Assembly: GCA_963708025.1 (NCBI GenBank)
Contig: CAVPSB010000016.1
Location: 403,296 to 467,295, forward strand
DNA from: an uncultured Candidatus Rokubacteria bacterium
GTDB taxonomy: Bacteria; Methylomirabilota; Methylomirabilia; Rokubacteriales; DASRDR01
DNA: 64,000 nucleotides
Reading direction: 5' to 3'
Part shown: positions 1 to 9,652 of the stretch, piece after piece
How the letters are laid out: each line of letters begins with the position of its first letter
Numbering within the stretch: position 1 is the stretch's first letter
Position numbers and translations under genes: made by a program
The notes under the pieces: generated by a model
What the model was told of the DNA's origin: nothing
The model's database searches: none
Seen by the model: only the letters and a program-made list of their open reading frames with translations

Positions 1-203
1 CCCCAGCCTCGACCGGAGCCGGCCCCTGGTGCCCATCCCCGGGTCGCCACCCGACCTGGTCGCGGTCGGCCGGGGCTGTCCGTTCGCCCCCCGCTGCGCC
101 TGGGCGTCGGCGGAGTGCCTGGACGGCGACATCCCGCTCCGTCCGGTCGGTGACGCCCACTGGAGTCGGTGCATCAAGGCGGAAAGCCTCGACCGGTGTC
201 TGA
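1..203 (+). CDS. Oligopeptide/dipeptide ABC ATPase (OppD/DppD-like), C-terminal part cut by window edge
   Basis: PIPGSPPDL...GCPFAPRC...C...HWSRC is the Cys-containing C-terminal extension of peptide ABC ATPases. The likely stop TGA 201-203 is one base out of frame (probable indel). Confidence 0.8.
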   Translation, partial: PASTGAGPWCPSPGRHPTWSRSAGAVRSPPAAPGRRRSAWTATSRSVRSVTPTGVGASRRKASTGV

Positions 204-1217
204 GCCCCTCCTCGAGGTCCGCGACCTCGTCAAGCACTTCCCGCTGCGCCACACGCTCCTCGACGTCGCGCGCGGCCGGCCGCCCGAGGCCGTCCGCGCG
301 GTGGACGGCGTCTCCTTCACGCTCGAGCGGGGCCGGACGCTCGGCCTGGTCGGCGAGTCGGGGTGCGGGAAGAGCACGCTCGGGCGCTGCATCCTCCGGC
401 TCCACGACGCCGACCGGGGCGAGATCCGGTTCGACGGCGTGGACCTGGCGCGGCTCGGCGAGGCCGAGCTGATTCCCTATCGCAAGCGCCTGCAGGTCGT
501 CTTCCAGGACCCCTACGCCTCGCTCAACCCCCGGCAGCGCGTGGGCCGGACCCTGGCCGAGGTGCTCGACGTCCACGGCATCGACGGTCCGGGGGGACGC
601 CGCCGACCGCGTGGAGCAGCTCCTGGTCCAGGTGGGCCTGAGCCCGGCCGACGCCCGGAAGTATCCGGGCGAGTTCTCCGGCGGACAGCGCCAGCGGGTC
701 GGCATCGCCCGGGCGCTGGCGGTGGAGCCGGAGCTGCTCATCGCCGACGAGCCGCTCTCGGCGCTCGACGTCTCGATCCAGGCCCAGATCCTCCAGCTCC
801 TGCTCGACCTGCGGACCTCGCTCGGGCTCGACGATGATCTTCATCTCCCACGACCTCCGCGTCGTGCGGTATCTGAGCGACGAGGTGGCCGTGATGTACC
901 TGGGCAAGATCGTCGAGCGCGCGCCCACCGCGACGCTCTTCGCCCGGCCCCGGCACCCGTACACGGCGGCGCTCCTGTCGGCCGTGCCCGAGGTGGGCGG
1001 CGAGCGCCGGGACACCGTCCCCATCGAGGGCGAGCCGCCGAGCGCCGTCCGGATCCCGGCCGGCTGCCGGTTCCATCCCCGCTGCGCCTGGCGCGAGGAG
1101 CGATGCCTCCGGCAGTCGCCGGAGCTCCGCGAGCTGGCGCCCGCGCACTTCGTCGCCTGCCACGTCGCGGAAGATCGCGCGGCGACTGGTGATTCCCAGC
1201 CGCGGCCCCCCGGGTGA
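196..1217 (+). CDS. Oligopeptide/dipeptide ABC ATPase (OppF/DppF-like), apparent frameshifts near 605 and 830
   Basis: Walker [35 protein letters not shown] and HPYT...GCRFHPRC are spread over ORFs 169-837, 611-1192 and 834-1217. Confidence 0.88.
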
Positions 1218-1293
1218 ACGCGCGTGGCGGGTTCCCGCCAGGCGGTGGTAGACTCGAAGGCAACCGGGTTGGACTCATCTCGAATGGGAGGAC

Positions 1294-1698
1294 GTGATGT
1301 CGTACTTCAGGGGAGCCGTTATCGCATCCCTCGTCATCGCTCTGACCGGCTGCGCCGCGACGCTTCCCGCCGCCCGCGACCTCCAGCCGCAAGACGTGAA
1401 TCGGCTAGCCGGGAACTGGACCTGGACCGCCTGGTCCTCGACGCCGGCCCGCCTCGGGGCCGGACCGATCAAGGTCAAGGTCGCCGACGGCCGGCTGCAG
1501 TTCGAAGCATCGGCCGCCGTCGGCACCCTGGTCCTGTACGAAGACGCCAGCCGGCGAGTCCTGAGAGGGGAAGGCCGGGATCGCACGGGAGGCGGGCCGT
1601 TCGTCGTGGAGCTGACCCAGCGGGGCGCCGTGACCCCGGCGACCGCGGGCTTTGACGGCTCGGGCAGGGCGGTCTTCGCGCTGGTCGTCGTCCAGTAG
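1294..1698 (+). CDS. Hypothetical lipoprotein
   Basis: SD GGGAGG, then a hydrophobic signal ending in lipobox LTGC. Confidence 0.6.
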   Translation: MMSYFRGAVIASLVIALTGCAATLPAARDLQPQDVNRLAGNWTWTAWSSTPARLGAGPIKVKVADGRLQFEASAAVGTLVLYEDASRRVLRGEGRDRTGGGPFVVELTQRGAVTPATAGFDGSGRAVFALVVVQ

Positions 1699-1738
1699 CA
1701 CCCCGCCCCAGAACCGCCGGCGATCCTGTCCACGATCT

Positions 1739-1790
1739 CCTCGGCCCTGCTCCCCGCTGACCGATCCAGGGAAGCGGGGGCGGGCCGAGG
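1739..1790. terminator. GC-rich intergenic hairpin (terminator/REP-like)
   Basis: CCTCGGCCC-TGCTCCCCGC ... GCGGGGGCGGGCCGAGG imperfect inverted repeat; no U-tract. Confidence 0.35.
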
Positions 1791-1877
1791 ATCGCCTCGT
1801 CACCACGACTCGCCTTCTCGGTAGCCCGGCCGCACTCTGGACGCGATCTCGGGAGCGAACGATGAAGGGAGCCAGCC

Positions 1878-2903
1878 ATGGGTCATGACGCGATCCGGAT
1901 CCGGGACATCGTCGCCGAGCCGGGCACCCGGCAGCGCGGGCGTCTCAAAGTCGGCGAGACCGCGGCCGGGCCCATCGAGATGCCCCTGGTGATCGTCCAC
2001 GGGTCGGGCCCCGGGCCCACGCTCTGTCTCACCGGTGCCGTCCACGGCACCGAGTACCCCGGCACCACGGCCGTCCGCGAGCTGACCCGGCAGCTCGACC
2101 CCGAGCGGCTGACCGGCACGGTGATCGCGGTCACCGTCACCAACATGCCGATGTACCAGGCCCGCTCGCCGTTCATCTCGCCGATCGACGGGCTGAACCT
2201 GAACCGGGTGGCGCCCGGCCGCCCGGACGGGACGATCACCGAGCGCATCGCCCACACCCTCTTCAGCGAGGTGATGCCCCTGGCCACCCACCACATCGAC
2301 TGCCACGGCGGGGACATCACCGAGGCGCTCTGGCCGTACGCGGCCTACCGCGTGACCGGCAACCGCGCCGTCGACGAGGTCGGCGAGGCCATGGCCCGCG
2401 TGTACACCCCCCGGATCTTCGCCCTCCTCAAGGAAGGCCTCCCGCTGGCCATCACCCACGGCACCGTCACCTCCGAGGCCGCCCGGCGCGGCATCGCCTC
2501 GATCCTGGGCGAGTGCGGCAGCGACCGCGGACTCGATCCGGCCGACGTGCGCACGCACGTCAACGGGATCACCAGCGTGATGCGCTACCTGAAGATGATC
2601 CCGGGCGAGCCGACCGTCGCCCGGGACCTGCTCCTGGGCGTCAGCCAGTTCGTGGTCCCGGCCGATCGCGGCGGCCTCCTGCGCCTCGCCGTCCAGGTCG
2701 GTGACGAGATCGCCGAGGGCCAGCCGCTCGGCGAGATCTGGGACGAGTTCGGCGACGTCGTGGAGACGCTCCGGGCCCCGGCCCGGGGTCTGATCCGCCT
2801 CGTCTGGACCCACAAGGTGGTCAACACGGGCGACCTCGTGCTCAAGTGCTGGGTTACCGAGCCGGCGCCGCCCTTCCCCTTGACGGATCGGTTCGCCCGG
2901 TAG
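1878..2903 (+). CDS. Succinylglutamate desuccinylase/aspartoacylase (M14-like) family protein
   Basis: GAVHGTE, NLNRVAPG, IDCHGG, EC(G) motifs and a C-terminal biotinyl-like domain. Confidence 0.9.
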   Translation: MGHDAIRIRDIVAEPGTRQRGRLKVGETAAGPIEMPLVIVHGSGPGPTLCLTGAVHGTEYPGTTAVRELTRQLDPERLTGTVIAVTVTNMPMYQARSPFISPIDGLNLNRVAPGRPDGTITERIAHTLFSEVMPLATHHIDCHGGDITEALWPYAAYRVTGNRAVDEVGEAMARVYTPRIFALLKEGLPLAITHGTVTSEAARRGIASILGECGSDRGLDPADVRTHVNGITSVMRYLKMIPGEPTVARDLLLGVSQFVVPADRGGLLRLAVQVGDEIAEGQPLGEIWDEFGDVVETLRAPARGLIRLVWTHKVVNTGDLVLKCWVTEPAPPFPLTDRFAR

Positions 2904-2946
2904 CATCGTCGAGCCAGCGCCAGCGGCGCGGCAGGGAGGCCCCGGC

Positions 2947-4110
2947 ATGGAGATCAGGTCCCAGAAGCTCAGCGAGTTCTTCAACATCGGGCGCGACCGG
3001 GGGTGGGACGTCCAGAAGCAGGCCTGGACCGTGCATTCCCTGGTCAACCCCGAAGGCCGGGTCCTCACGCTCGGGGACATCATGGAGGGGATCCCGCCGG
3101 ACCTCCCCCTGGCGAAGTCCGGCAACCGCTACGGCTACCCGCCGCTCCGGGAACAGATCGTCCGGTCGCAGCGCTACGAGGTCACCGCCGACGACGTCCT
3201 CGTCACCTCGGGTACCCAGCACGCGAACTACCTGGCGTTCGCCACCCTGCTCCAGGCCGGCGACGAGGCCATCATCGAGTCACCCTCGTGGGAGCAGCCG
3301 AAGGTCCTGTGCGAGGCGCTCTCCGTGCAGGCCCGGATCCTCCCGCGGCGTCCGGAGCTCGGGTGGAAGTTCGACCTCGACGAGCTCGAGCGGCTGGTCT
3401 CCCCCCGCGTGAAGCTGATCTACCTCTGCCACCCGAGCAACCCCACCGGGGCGATCCTCGACGAGTCGGAGCTGAAGGCCGTCTGCGCCGTCGCCGATCG
3501 GATCGGCGCCTACGTCGTCTCCGACGAGATCTACCGGGGCCTCGAGTGGGACGAGGCGCTGTCTCCCTCGGTGGTCAACGTCTACGAGCGGGGCGTGACC
3601 ACGAGCAGCATCTCCAAGACCCTGGGGATGAGCGGGCTCCGCCTCGGGTGGCTCGCGACCCGGGACCGGGCGTTTCGCGAGCGGTGCATGGAGCTGAAGT
3701 ACTACATCAGCCTCCACCAGCAGAGCCGCCTCGACGAGGTCGTGGCCCTGGCCGCCCTCGAGCCGACCCGATACTGGCGCCTGGTGAGGAAGACGATGGA
3801 CGCCGCCCGCGTCAACTACGATCTGGTGGCCGCCTGGATGAAGGACAACGGCGTCTTCACCTGGATCCCGCCTGGCGGCGGCTTCCTGTCGTTCCCCCGC
3901 TACGACCTGGACATCCCCTCCTGGGACCTCTGCGTCCGCCTGCTGGAGGCGCCGTACCGCACGTACCTGATCCCGGGGAGCTGTTACGGCCACGAGGGGC
4001 ACGTGCGGCTCGGCTTCGGCCCCGGCACCCCGGCCGACACGATCCGCGCCGGCCTCGCCGCGGTCGACCGCTTCGTCGCCGACCTGCGGGGCCAGACCGT
4101 CCGCGCGTGA
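2947..4110 (+). CDS. PLP-dependent class I/II aminotransferase
   Basis: HPSNPTG, SDEIY, SISKTLGMSGLRLGW (PLP lysine), VRLGFG. Confidence 0.9.
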   Translation: MEIRSQKLSEFFNIGRDRGWDVQKQAWTVHSLVNPEGRVLTLGDIMEGIPPDLPLAKSGNRYGYPPLREQIVRSQRYEVTADDVLVTSGTQHANYLAFATLLQAGDEAIIESPSWEQPKVLCEALSVQARILPRRPELGWKFDLDELERLVSPRVKLIYLCHPSNPTGAILDESELKAVCAVADRIGAYVVSDEIYRGLEWDEALSPSVVNVYERGVTTSSISKTLGMSGLRLGWLATRDRAFRERCMELKYYISLHQQSRLDEVVALAALEPTRYWRLVRKTMDAARVNYDLVAAWMKDNGVFTWIPPGGGFLSFPRYDLDIPSWDLCVRLLEAPYRTYLIPGSCYGHEGHVRLGFGPGTPADTIRAGLAAVDRFVADLRGQTVRA

Positions 4111-4145
4111 CGCGAATGGATAGCGACGGCAACGGAGGTGCAGCG

Positions 4146-5090
4146 ATGCTGAGGACAATCGGGATCGTGGTGGCGGTGGCCTGGATGCTCGGATCGGCAA
4201 CGGTTCCGGCCAGTGCGGCCGATGACGTGGCCGAGCGCTTCACGCGCATCGCGCGGTCGCTGGACTGGCAGCTCGTCGAGACCGTGGCCGTGCAGTTCCC
4301 GACCCATCACCCGCAGGGGATGGTGAAGATCGGCGACCGCCTCTATTTCTCCACCGTGGAGATCCAGGAGGCCACGCAGCGCTATCCGGAGCCGCGCGAC
4401 GGGCTGGACCGCAGCGCGGGCAAGGGCGTCGGCCATCTCTTCGAGATGGATCTGAAGGGCGCCCTGCTCCGCCAGATCCAGCTCGGTGAGGGCGACGTCT
4501 ACCACCCCGGCGGCATCGACTTCGACGGCACCCACCTCTGGGTGCCGGTGGCCGAGTACCGGCCAAACAGCAACTCGATCGTCTATCGCGTCGATCCGAA
4601 GACGATGCAGGCGGTCAAGGTCCTGTCCTTCGCCGACCATGTCGGCGGCATCGTTCACGACACCGTGGCCAACACCCTCCACGGCGTGAGCTGGGGCTCG
4701 CGACGCTTCTATCGCTGGACGCTCGACCGCTCGCTCAAGGTGACGAACGCGGCTGCGAAGCCGGAGGCGCTACGCAAGCTCAACCCGGCCTTCTACATCG
4801 ACTATCAGGATTGCCACTACGTCGGCGGCAGCCGCATGCTCTGCTCGGGGCTCAACACCTACCGCATGAAGCCCGACGGCCCACCGTTCCCGCTCGGCGG
4901 GCTCGAGCTGGTCGACCTCAAGACCGACCGACCGCTCCACCAGATTCCCGTCGCGCTGTGGACGGACGGCGGCAAGGTGATGACCCAGAACCCCTTCTGG
5001 ATCGAGACCTCGGCGGCCGGGCTGCGCCTCTATTTCATGCCGGAGGACGACAAGTCACGCCTGTTCGTCTACGAGGCGAAGGTCAACTGA
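4146..5090 (+). CDS. Secreted beta-propeller-like protein (DUF6454-like)
   Basis: SD GGAGG at 4134, signal peptide ending ASA, motifs HHPQG, YHPGGIDFDG, DHVGG, SWGSR, DYQDC, TQNP. Family name is from recall. Confidence 0.7.
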   Translation: MLRTIGIVVAVAWMLGSATVPASAADDVAERFTRIARSLDWQLVETVAVQFPTHHPQGMVKIGDRLYFSTVEIQEATQRYPEPRDGLDRSAGKGVGHLFEMDLKGALLRQIQLGEGDVYHPGGIDFDGTHLWVPVAEYRPNSNSIVYRVDPKTMQAVKVLSFADHVGGIVHDTVANTLHGVSWGSRRFYRWTLDRSLKVTNAAAKPEALRKLNPAFYIDYQDCHYVGGSRMLCSGLNTYRMKPDGPPFPLGGLELVDLKTDRPLHQIPVALWTDGGKVMTQNPFWIETSAAGLRLYFMPEDDKSRLFVYEAKVN

Positions 5091-5424
5091 CGGCTCGATG
5101 ACCCGGTGTTCGAGGGCGGCGACCGCGGCCGCGATCGAGACCGATCTTCGCGCGGTCAGGCGTCCCGCAACCACGGGCCCAGGCCGTCGCGGAGACCGTC
5201 GCTCACCGACTCGTGCTAAAAGGGCCCTCACGGAGAAAGGAGGGGAAGCTCGACAGCTGATCGGCCGGCCAGCATCGCTCCGCTCCGATCACGATCCCCC
5301 GATCGGCGCGTTCACGATGGGCCGATCTAAGCGTTCAGCTTCGCCGGAATACGCACCCACGCACGCCGCGCCCCTGTGGGTGCGGGAGAAGATCCTACGT
5401 TCCGGGCGGCCTCAGTCCGACTCT

Positions 5425-8400
5425 TCATTCCAGCATCGTCCGCACGTCCTCCGCGCTGCGCCTGTCTCCAACCTCTCGAAAGATCGCCAGCGCAGCGCCC
5501 GCCATCTCCCGCGCGCGGTCTCGTGATGCCGGGTTTTCCGACGTGAGCTCCGCTCTTCCCCAATCACGCAGCGTCTGCGCGACCTCCCAGCGCGTCCCGA
5601 GCTCCTGATACCGCCGCAGGGCCTCCGCGAAGTGCTCCGCCGCCGTAGACGAGTCGCCGACGGAGCCGAGGACGATGCCGCGCGCGCGGTAGGTCTGAGC
5701 GATCTCCTTCCCTGCGCCGGCGCGCGTCGCCAACGCGAGGACGTGGTCCGGCGCCGCGGCGGCGCGCGGGTCGCCGGTCCGAGCCTGGATCTCCGCGAGG
5801 TGGGCGTGCACCGCTGGTAGAAGCCGGCGAGGTTCGCCCGCGAGCTCCTCGAGCGCGACGCGGGCGTCGGCCAGGCGGTCCTGCGCCATCAGCAAGAGCG
5901 CAGGGAGATGGAGCATGCGGCGCACCGGGTAGTCTTGCGCTTGCCGCGCCAGCGCGCTCGCCTTCTCCTCCTGACCGCGGCGAGCCAACACGACAGCCTG
6001 GATGAGAAAGAGTTCCCCGACGAACGTCTGGTAGATGCGGCCGTAGTTCTCCCAGACACGCAGGAACTCCTCGAACGAGCGCGTCGCGTCATCCCACTGA
6101 TCCCAGGCGAAGTGCGCCCAGGTCCGCCAGAGCAGCGCGTGCACGTGCCATCCCCCCAACCCGATCTCCCCGAGGTCGGCGGCGGCCTGCGCCTCCCGCA
6201 CCGCGTCGGCGTATCGGCCCAGGGCGGAGTAGGCCTGCGAGAGCATGCAGCCAATGTCGATGAGCTCGGCGCGGTCCTCGATGAGCGGGCCGAGGTCACG
6301 GCGGTGCAGGTGGCATCCGAGCGCGCCAGGGTAGTTGGCGAGGTGCATGTGCACGCCGCCGATCGAATCGAGTACCGCCGAGACGTCGCGGGCCGTGCCG
6401 AGCGCCTCCATGATCGGCAGCGCCTCTTCGGCGCTCGCGAGGGCCGGGCGCAGCTCCTCCTCGTCCCGTCGCCCGGTGAAGTTCGGCAGCGCCGCGCGTG
6501 CCATCAGCAGCCGGCCTTTCTCGATGGAGGGCTCCTGGTCGCGGAGGAGGTCCAGGCCGGCTTGGATCCATCTGATGACGTCGCCCTCGGCCGGGGGCGT
6601 CTTGAAGGCGCCCCGCCAGCGCGTCGGCGCCTCGGCGAGCTTGGCGTACAGGCGCGCGCCCAGGCCGGCGTCAGGCGCTCCCGCCGCGTGCCACATCTCG
6701 AGCGCGCGCCGATGGTGGATGCCTCCGGCGTCCCCCGACCATTGGAGCATGTGGATGTCGCCGATCCGCTCATGCAGTGAGGCGCGGTCCAGGGGGCTGT
6801 CCGCGATCGCCAACGCGGCCTCGTAATAGTGATTCGCGGGACCGGTGGCGTACTTTCGCGCCGCCATGTCCCCGGCGGTCGTCAGCCAGACCTGGGCCTT
6901 CCTCGGCACCTCCGCGTGCCGATAGTGCCGGCCGAGGGCGCCGGCGGGGGGATCGAGCGCGCCGGCCGTGAGCGCTTCGAGGGCCACGGCCACGTCACCG
7001 TGCAGAAGCTTCCGCCGCGGCGGCAGGAGCCCGCCGTACACCACCTCGCGGATGCGGTCGTGCGTGAAGTCGAAGCCCTCGTCCACGCCGTGCAGCATCC
7101 GCCGCCGCACCAGCTCCTCCACGCCCTCGGCCGCATCGCGCTCGGGGAGCCGGCTGGCCCGCTGCAGGAGCGCGAAGTCGAACTCGCGCCCGATGACGGC
7201 CGCCACCGAGAGGAGCTGCCGGCTCCCCTCGCTCAAGCGCGCCACGCGTCCGGCGATGACATCCCGGACGCGCTGGGGCAGCGACAGGGTCGCCGGCTCC
7301 TGGAGCGTCAGCCCCTCCCGCAGCGCCCGCACGGTCTCGACGACCACGAACGGGTTGCCCTCGCTGGCGGCCCACGCTTGCTCCTCCAGCCACGCCACCG
7401 TGCGCGCCTCGCTGCCCGCCACGGTGAGGCACCGCACGAGCCTGGACGTGTCGGGGCGCGACAGCGGCGAGAGCAGTAGCTCACCGAAGTGGCCCTCGCC
7501 TCGGAGCTCCCCGAGCACCCGACGCAGGGTGTCGGCGTCGGCAAGCTCCTCCTCCCGCGCCGTCGCCACCACCAGCACGGGCCACGCCTGCACGCGACGG
7601 CCCAGGAACGACAGCAGCCGCAGGCTCATCTCGTCGGCCCAGTGCAAGTCCTCGAGCATGAGCGCGAGCGGCTGGGTCGAGGCGACGTGCGCGACGAGAT
7701 AGGCGACACTCTCGAAGAGGCGGAGGTAGTCGTCGCTGGGCGCGGGCAGCCCCGGCCCCGCGAGCTCTGGAAACAGCCGGGCCAGCTCCGCCCGCCAGAC
7801 GGGGTTCAGCCCGCTGACCATGACCTCCTCGGCGATCAGCCCACCCGTGCGGAAGGCATCGACCCAGGGACCGAACGGCAGAATCTGGGCACTTTCATAG
7901 GCCCGGCCGACCAAGACGTGGCTGCCGCCCTGGCGGGCTTCAGTCGCCACTTCCACGAGGAGGCGGGTCTTGCCGACGCCGGCCTCACCCAGGACCGCGA
8001 CGGCGCGGCCGCGGCCCCCGCCGGCCTCGGCCAACGCATTCCGCAGCGTGGCCAACTCGACGTCGCGGCCGATCAGCGATGTCTCGGTGGTCACCGCCTC
8101 CGGACGGGCCCCCAGCGGCACCCGGCGCGTCAGTTCCTGGCCGGCTTTCCCCAACGCCGTCCGGCTGGACGGCGCCTCGTCACGGCGCCGGATGATCTCC
8201 TGGTAGAGCTGCTTCGTCTCCGCTTCCGGCTCCACCCCCAGCTCGCGCTGGAGCACCCCCACGCACTGCTGGTACTGGCGCAGCGCGGCGCCCCGCCGGC
8301 CAGTCTGGGCGTAGAGGCGCATCAGCGTGCGGTGCACCGGCTCCTGCAACGGGTCCAGGCTCGAGAGCTTGAGCCCCGTCTGGATCGCCGGCTCCGTCTG

Positions 8401-8904
8401 GGCGGCGCTCCTCTGGTGCGCCAGGAGCTTCGCCAGCCCCTCCAGCGCCAGCTCCCGGAGCCGCTCCCGTTCCCCCAGCAGCCACTCCTCGAAGCCCCCC
8501 GCCCCCTCCACGCTCAGCCCCGCCAGCAGGTCCCCCTGGTAGAGCGGCACCGCCGCCTCCAGCGCCGCCGGCGTCCCCTCGGCGACCCCTCGCTCGAACG
8601 CCGCCACGTCCACCTCCACCGCCGCCGGGTCCAGCGCGACCGCGTCCCCCTCCACGCGCACCCCGCCGGCGGGCAGCGCCCGCCGCAGCGCGAACAGCGC
8701 CTGGCGGAGGCTGTTGCGGGCCTGGCCCTCGGGGCTGTCGCCCCAGAGCAGGGTCGCCAGCTTGTCGCGCGGATGCGCCCGCCCGGCGGAGAGGGCGAGG
8801 TAGGCGAGCAACGCCTGGGCCTTCCGCGTCGGCAGGGGGAGGGCGGGGCCCGATCCGATCCGGGCCTGGAAGCCGCCCAAGAGGGTGAGCTGGAGGGATG
8901 CCAT
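5425..8904 (-). CDS. AfsR/SARP-type regulator: wHTH + BTAD + AAA ATPase (STAND-like) + TPR
   Basis: LTLLGGF, RKAQALLAYL, LLWGD, LYQGDLLAG, DPLQEPVHRTLM; Walker A GEAGVGKT; LEDLHWAD; GNPF; FTHDRIRE; helical repeats at the C-terminus. Confidence 0.93.
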   Translation of the reverse strand: MASLQLTLLGGFQARIGSGPALPLPTRKAQALLAYLALSAGRAHPRDKLATLLWGDSPEGQARNSLRQALFALRRALPAGGVRVEGDAVALDPAAVEVDVAAFERGVAEGTPAALEAAVPLYQGDLLAGLSVEGAGGFEEWLLGERERLRELALEGLAKLLAHQRSAAQTEPAIQTGLKLSSLDPLQEPVHRTLMRLYAQTGRRGAALRQYQQCVGVLQRELGVEPEAETKQLYQEIIRRRDEAPSSRTALGKAGQELTRRVPLGARPEAVTTETSLIGRDVELATLRNALAEAGGGRGRAVAVLGEAGVGKTRLLVEVATEARQGGSHVLVGRAYESAQILPFGPWVDAFRTGGLIAEEVMVSGLNPVWRAELARLFPELAGPGLPAPSDDYLRLFESVAYLVAHVASTQPLALMLEDLHWADEMSLRLLSFLGRRVQAWPVLVVATAREEELADADTLRRVLGELRGEGHFGELLLSPLSRPDTSRLVRCLTVAGSEARTVAWLEEQAWAASEGNPFVVVETVRALREGLTLQEPATLSLPQRVRDVIAGRVARLSEGSRQLLSVAAVIGREFDFALLQRASRLPERDAAEGVEELVRRRMLHGVDEGFDFTHDRIREVVYGGLLPPRRKLLHGDVAVALEALTAGALDPPAGALGRHYRHAEVPRKAQVWLTTAGDMAARKYATGPANHYYEAALAIADSPLDRASLHERIGDIHMLQWSGDAGGIHHRRALEMWHAAGAPDAGLGARLYAKLAEAPTRWRGAFKTPPAEGDVIRWIQAGLDLLRDQEPSIEKGRLLMARAALPNFTGRRDEEELRPALASAEEALPIMEALGTARDVSAVLDSIGGVHMHLANYPGALGCHLHRRDLGPLIEDRAELIDIGCMLSQAYSALGRYADAVREAQAAADLGEIGLGGWHVHALLWRTWAHFAWDQWDDATRSFEEFLRVWENYGRIYQTFVGELFLIQAVVLARRGQEEKASALARQAQDYPVRRMLHLPALLLMAQDRLADARVALEELAGEPRRLLPAVHAHLAEIQARTGDPRAAAAPDHVLALATRAGAGKEIAQTYRARGIVLGSVGDSSTAAEHFAEALRRYQELGTRWEVAQTLRDWGRAELTSENPASRDRAREMAGAALAIFREVGDRRSAEDVRTMLE

Positions 8905-8968
8905 GGGCCACCGGCCAGGGGCCACGCCGACCATAGCACTCCCCGGATGGCGGGCCAAGTCCGGGGCT

Positions 8969-9009
8969 CGACGGGCGTTTAACGCTCACCTGGACGGGCC
9001 CGTAACGGC
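8969..9009 (+). promoter_or_regulatory. Four nnACG repeats at 11-12 bp spacing, candidate SARP operator
   Basis: cgACGgg 8969, taACGct 8980, ggACGgg 8992, taACGgc 9003, lying between the regulator and the divergent mini-operon. Confidence 0.4.
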
Positions 9010-9043
9010 GCCCCCTTACCCTCGGGCGCGAAGGAGGTCTCAC

Positions 9044-9145
9044 ATGGTCACCCAACAGGAGCTGGAGGCGCTGCGCGACCGGTATCCGGATCTGCCCTGG
9101 CCCCCCCGGCCACCCTGTCCCCGCGAACTCCGGGCAAGAACATGA
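9044..9145 (+). CDS. Small Pro-rich peptide MVTQQELEALRDRYPDLPWPPRPPCPRELRART
   Basis: Strong SD AAGGAGG; ATGA overlap with the next ORF. Confidence 0.5.
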   Translation: MVTQQELEALRDRYPDLPWPPRPPCPRELRART

Positions 9146-9315
9146 CCTTCGTCGTCCGGCTCTCGCTCGACGAGGCCGGACGCGTGACCGGGATCGTGGA
9201 GCGGGTGCGGATCGGAGAGAAGGAGCGGTTCGAGGGAGTCGCCGCCATCGCGACGTTGATCGCGCGCATGGTGGAGGCCGACCACATCCAGAGAGAAGCG
9301 GAGGACACGCGATGA
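9142..9315 (+). CDS. 57-aa hypothetical protein, paralog of 11890-12084
   Basis: MTFVVRLSLDEAGRVTGIVERVRIGEKERFEGVAAIATLIARMV...; ATGA overlaps at both ends. Confidence 0.65.
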   Translation: MTFVVRLSLDEAGRVTGIVERVRIGEKERFEGVAAIATLIARMVEADHIQREAEDTR

Positions 9316-9455
9316 CCACGCTCAAAGGCAAGCACGCCCTGGTGACTGGAGGTTCCCGCGGGATCGGCCGGGGGATCGCCCTCGAGCTCGCCGCCGAGGG
9401 CGCCCGGGGCGCCGTCCACTACTACCAGAACGAGGCCGCCGCCAAGGACACCCCC
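9312..9455 (+). pseudogene. N-terminal fragment of an SDR oxidoreductase
   Basis: LKGKHALVTGGSRGIGRGIA...HYYQNEAAA, then similarity stops; no YxxxK. Confidence 0.75.
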
Positions 9456-9652
9456 CGGGGGGCCATGGCCGAGAATGGGCATTGTGTTGACTCCCCCCCC
9501 GGTGAGCAAGTGGCACTGGCCGACGTGGTCGCTCGGCTCGCGGCCCGCCCCGAGGGGCGGGTGCCCGGGGGCACCAGGTGGGCCAGTTCCGTGACACAGG
9601 CGCGCGAGATGACCGAGATAGGGCCGTCCCGGACCGGCACGGAGGTGGTGTC

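Noticed and set aside
3003-5090. 695-aa ORF and the other very long alternative-frame ORFs (e.g. 24194-28912, 42848-46717)
   Set aside because: Arg/Gly/Pro-rich shadow frames of real genes in high-GC DNA; only 4146-5090 of the first is protein-like.
5200-5400. SD-like AAAGGAGG and CGCACCCAC/GTGGGTGCG hairpin as a small gene or sRNA
   Set aside because: No start codon at a suitable distance; the hairpin is adequately explained as a terminator for the convergent genes.
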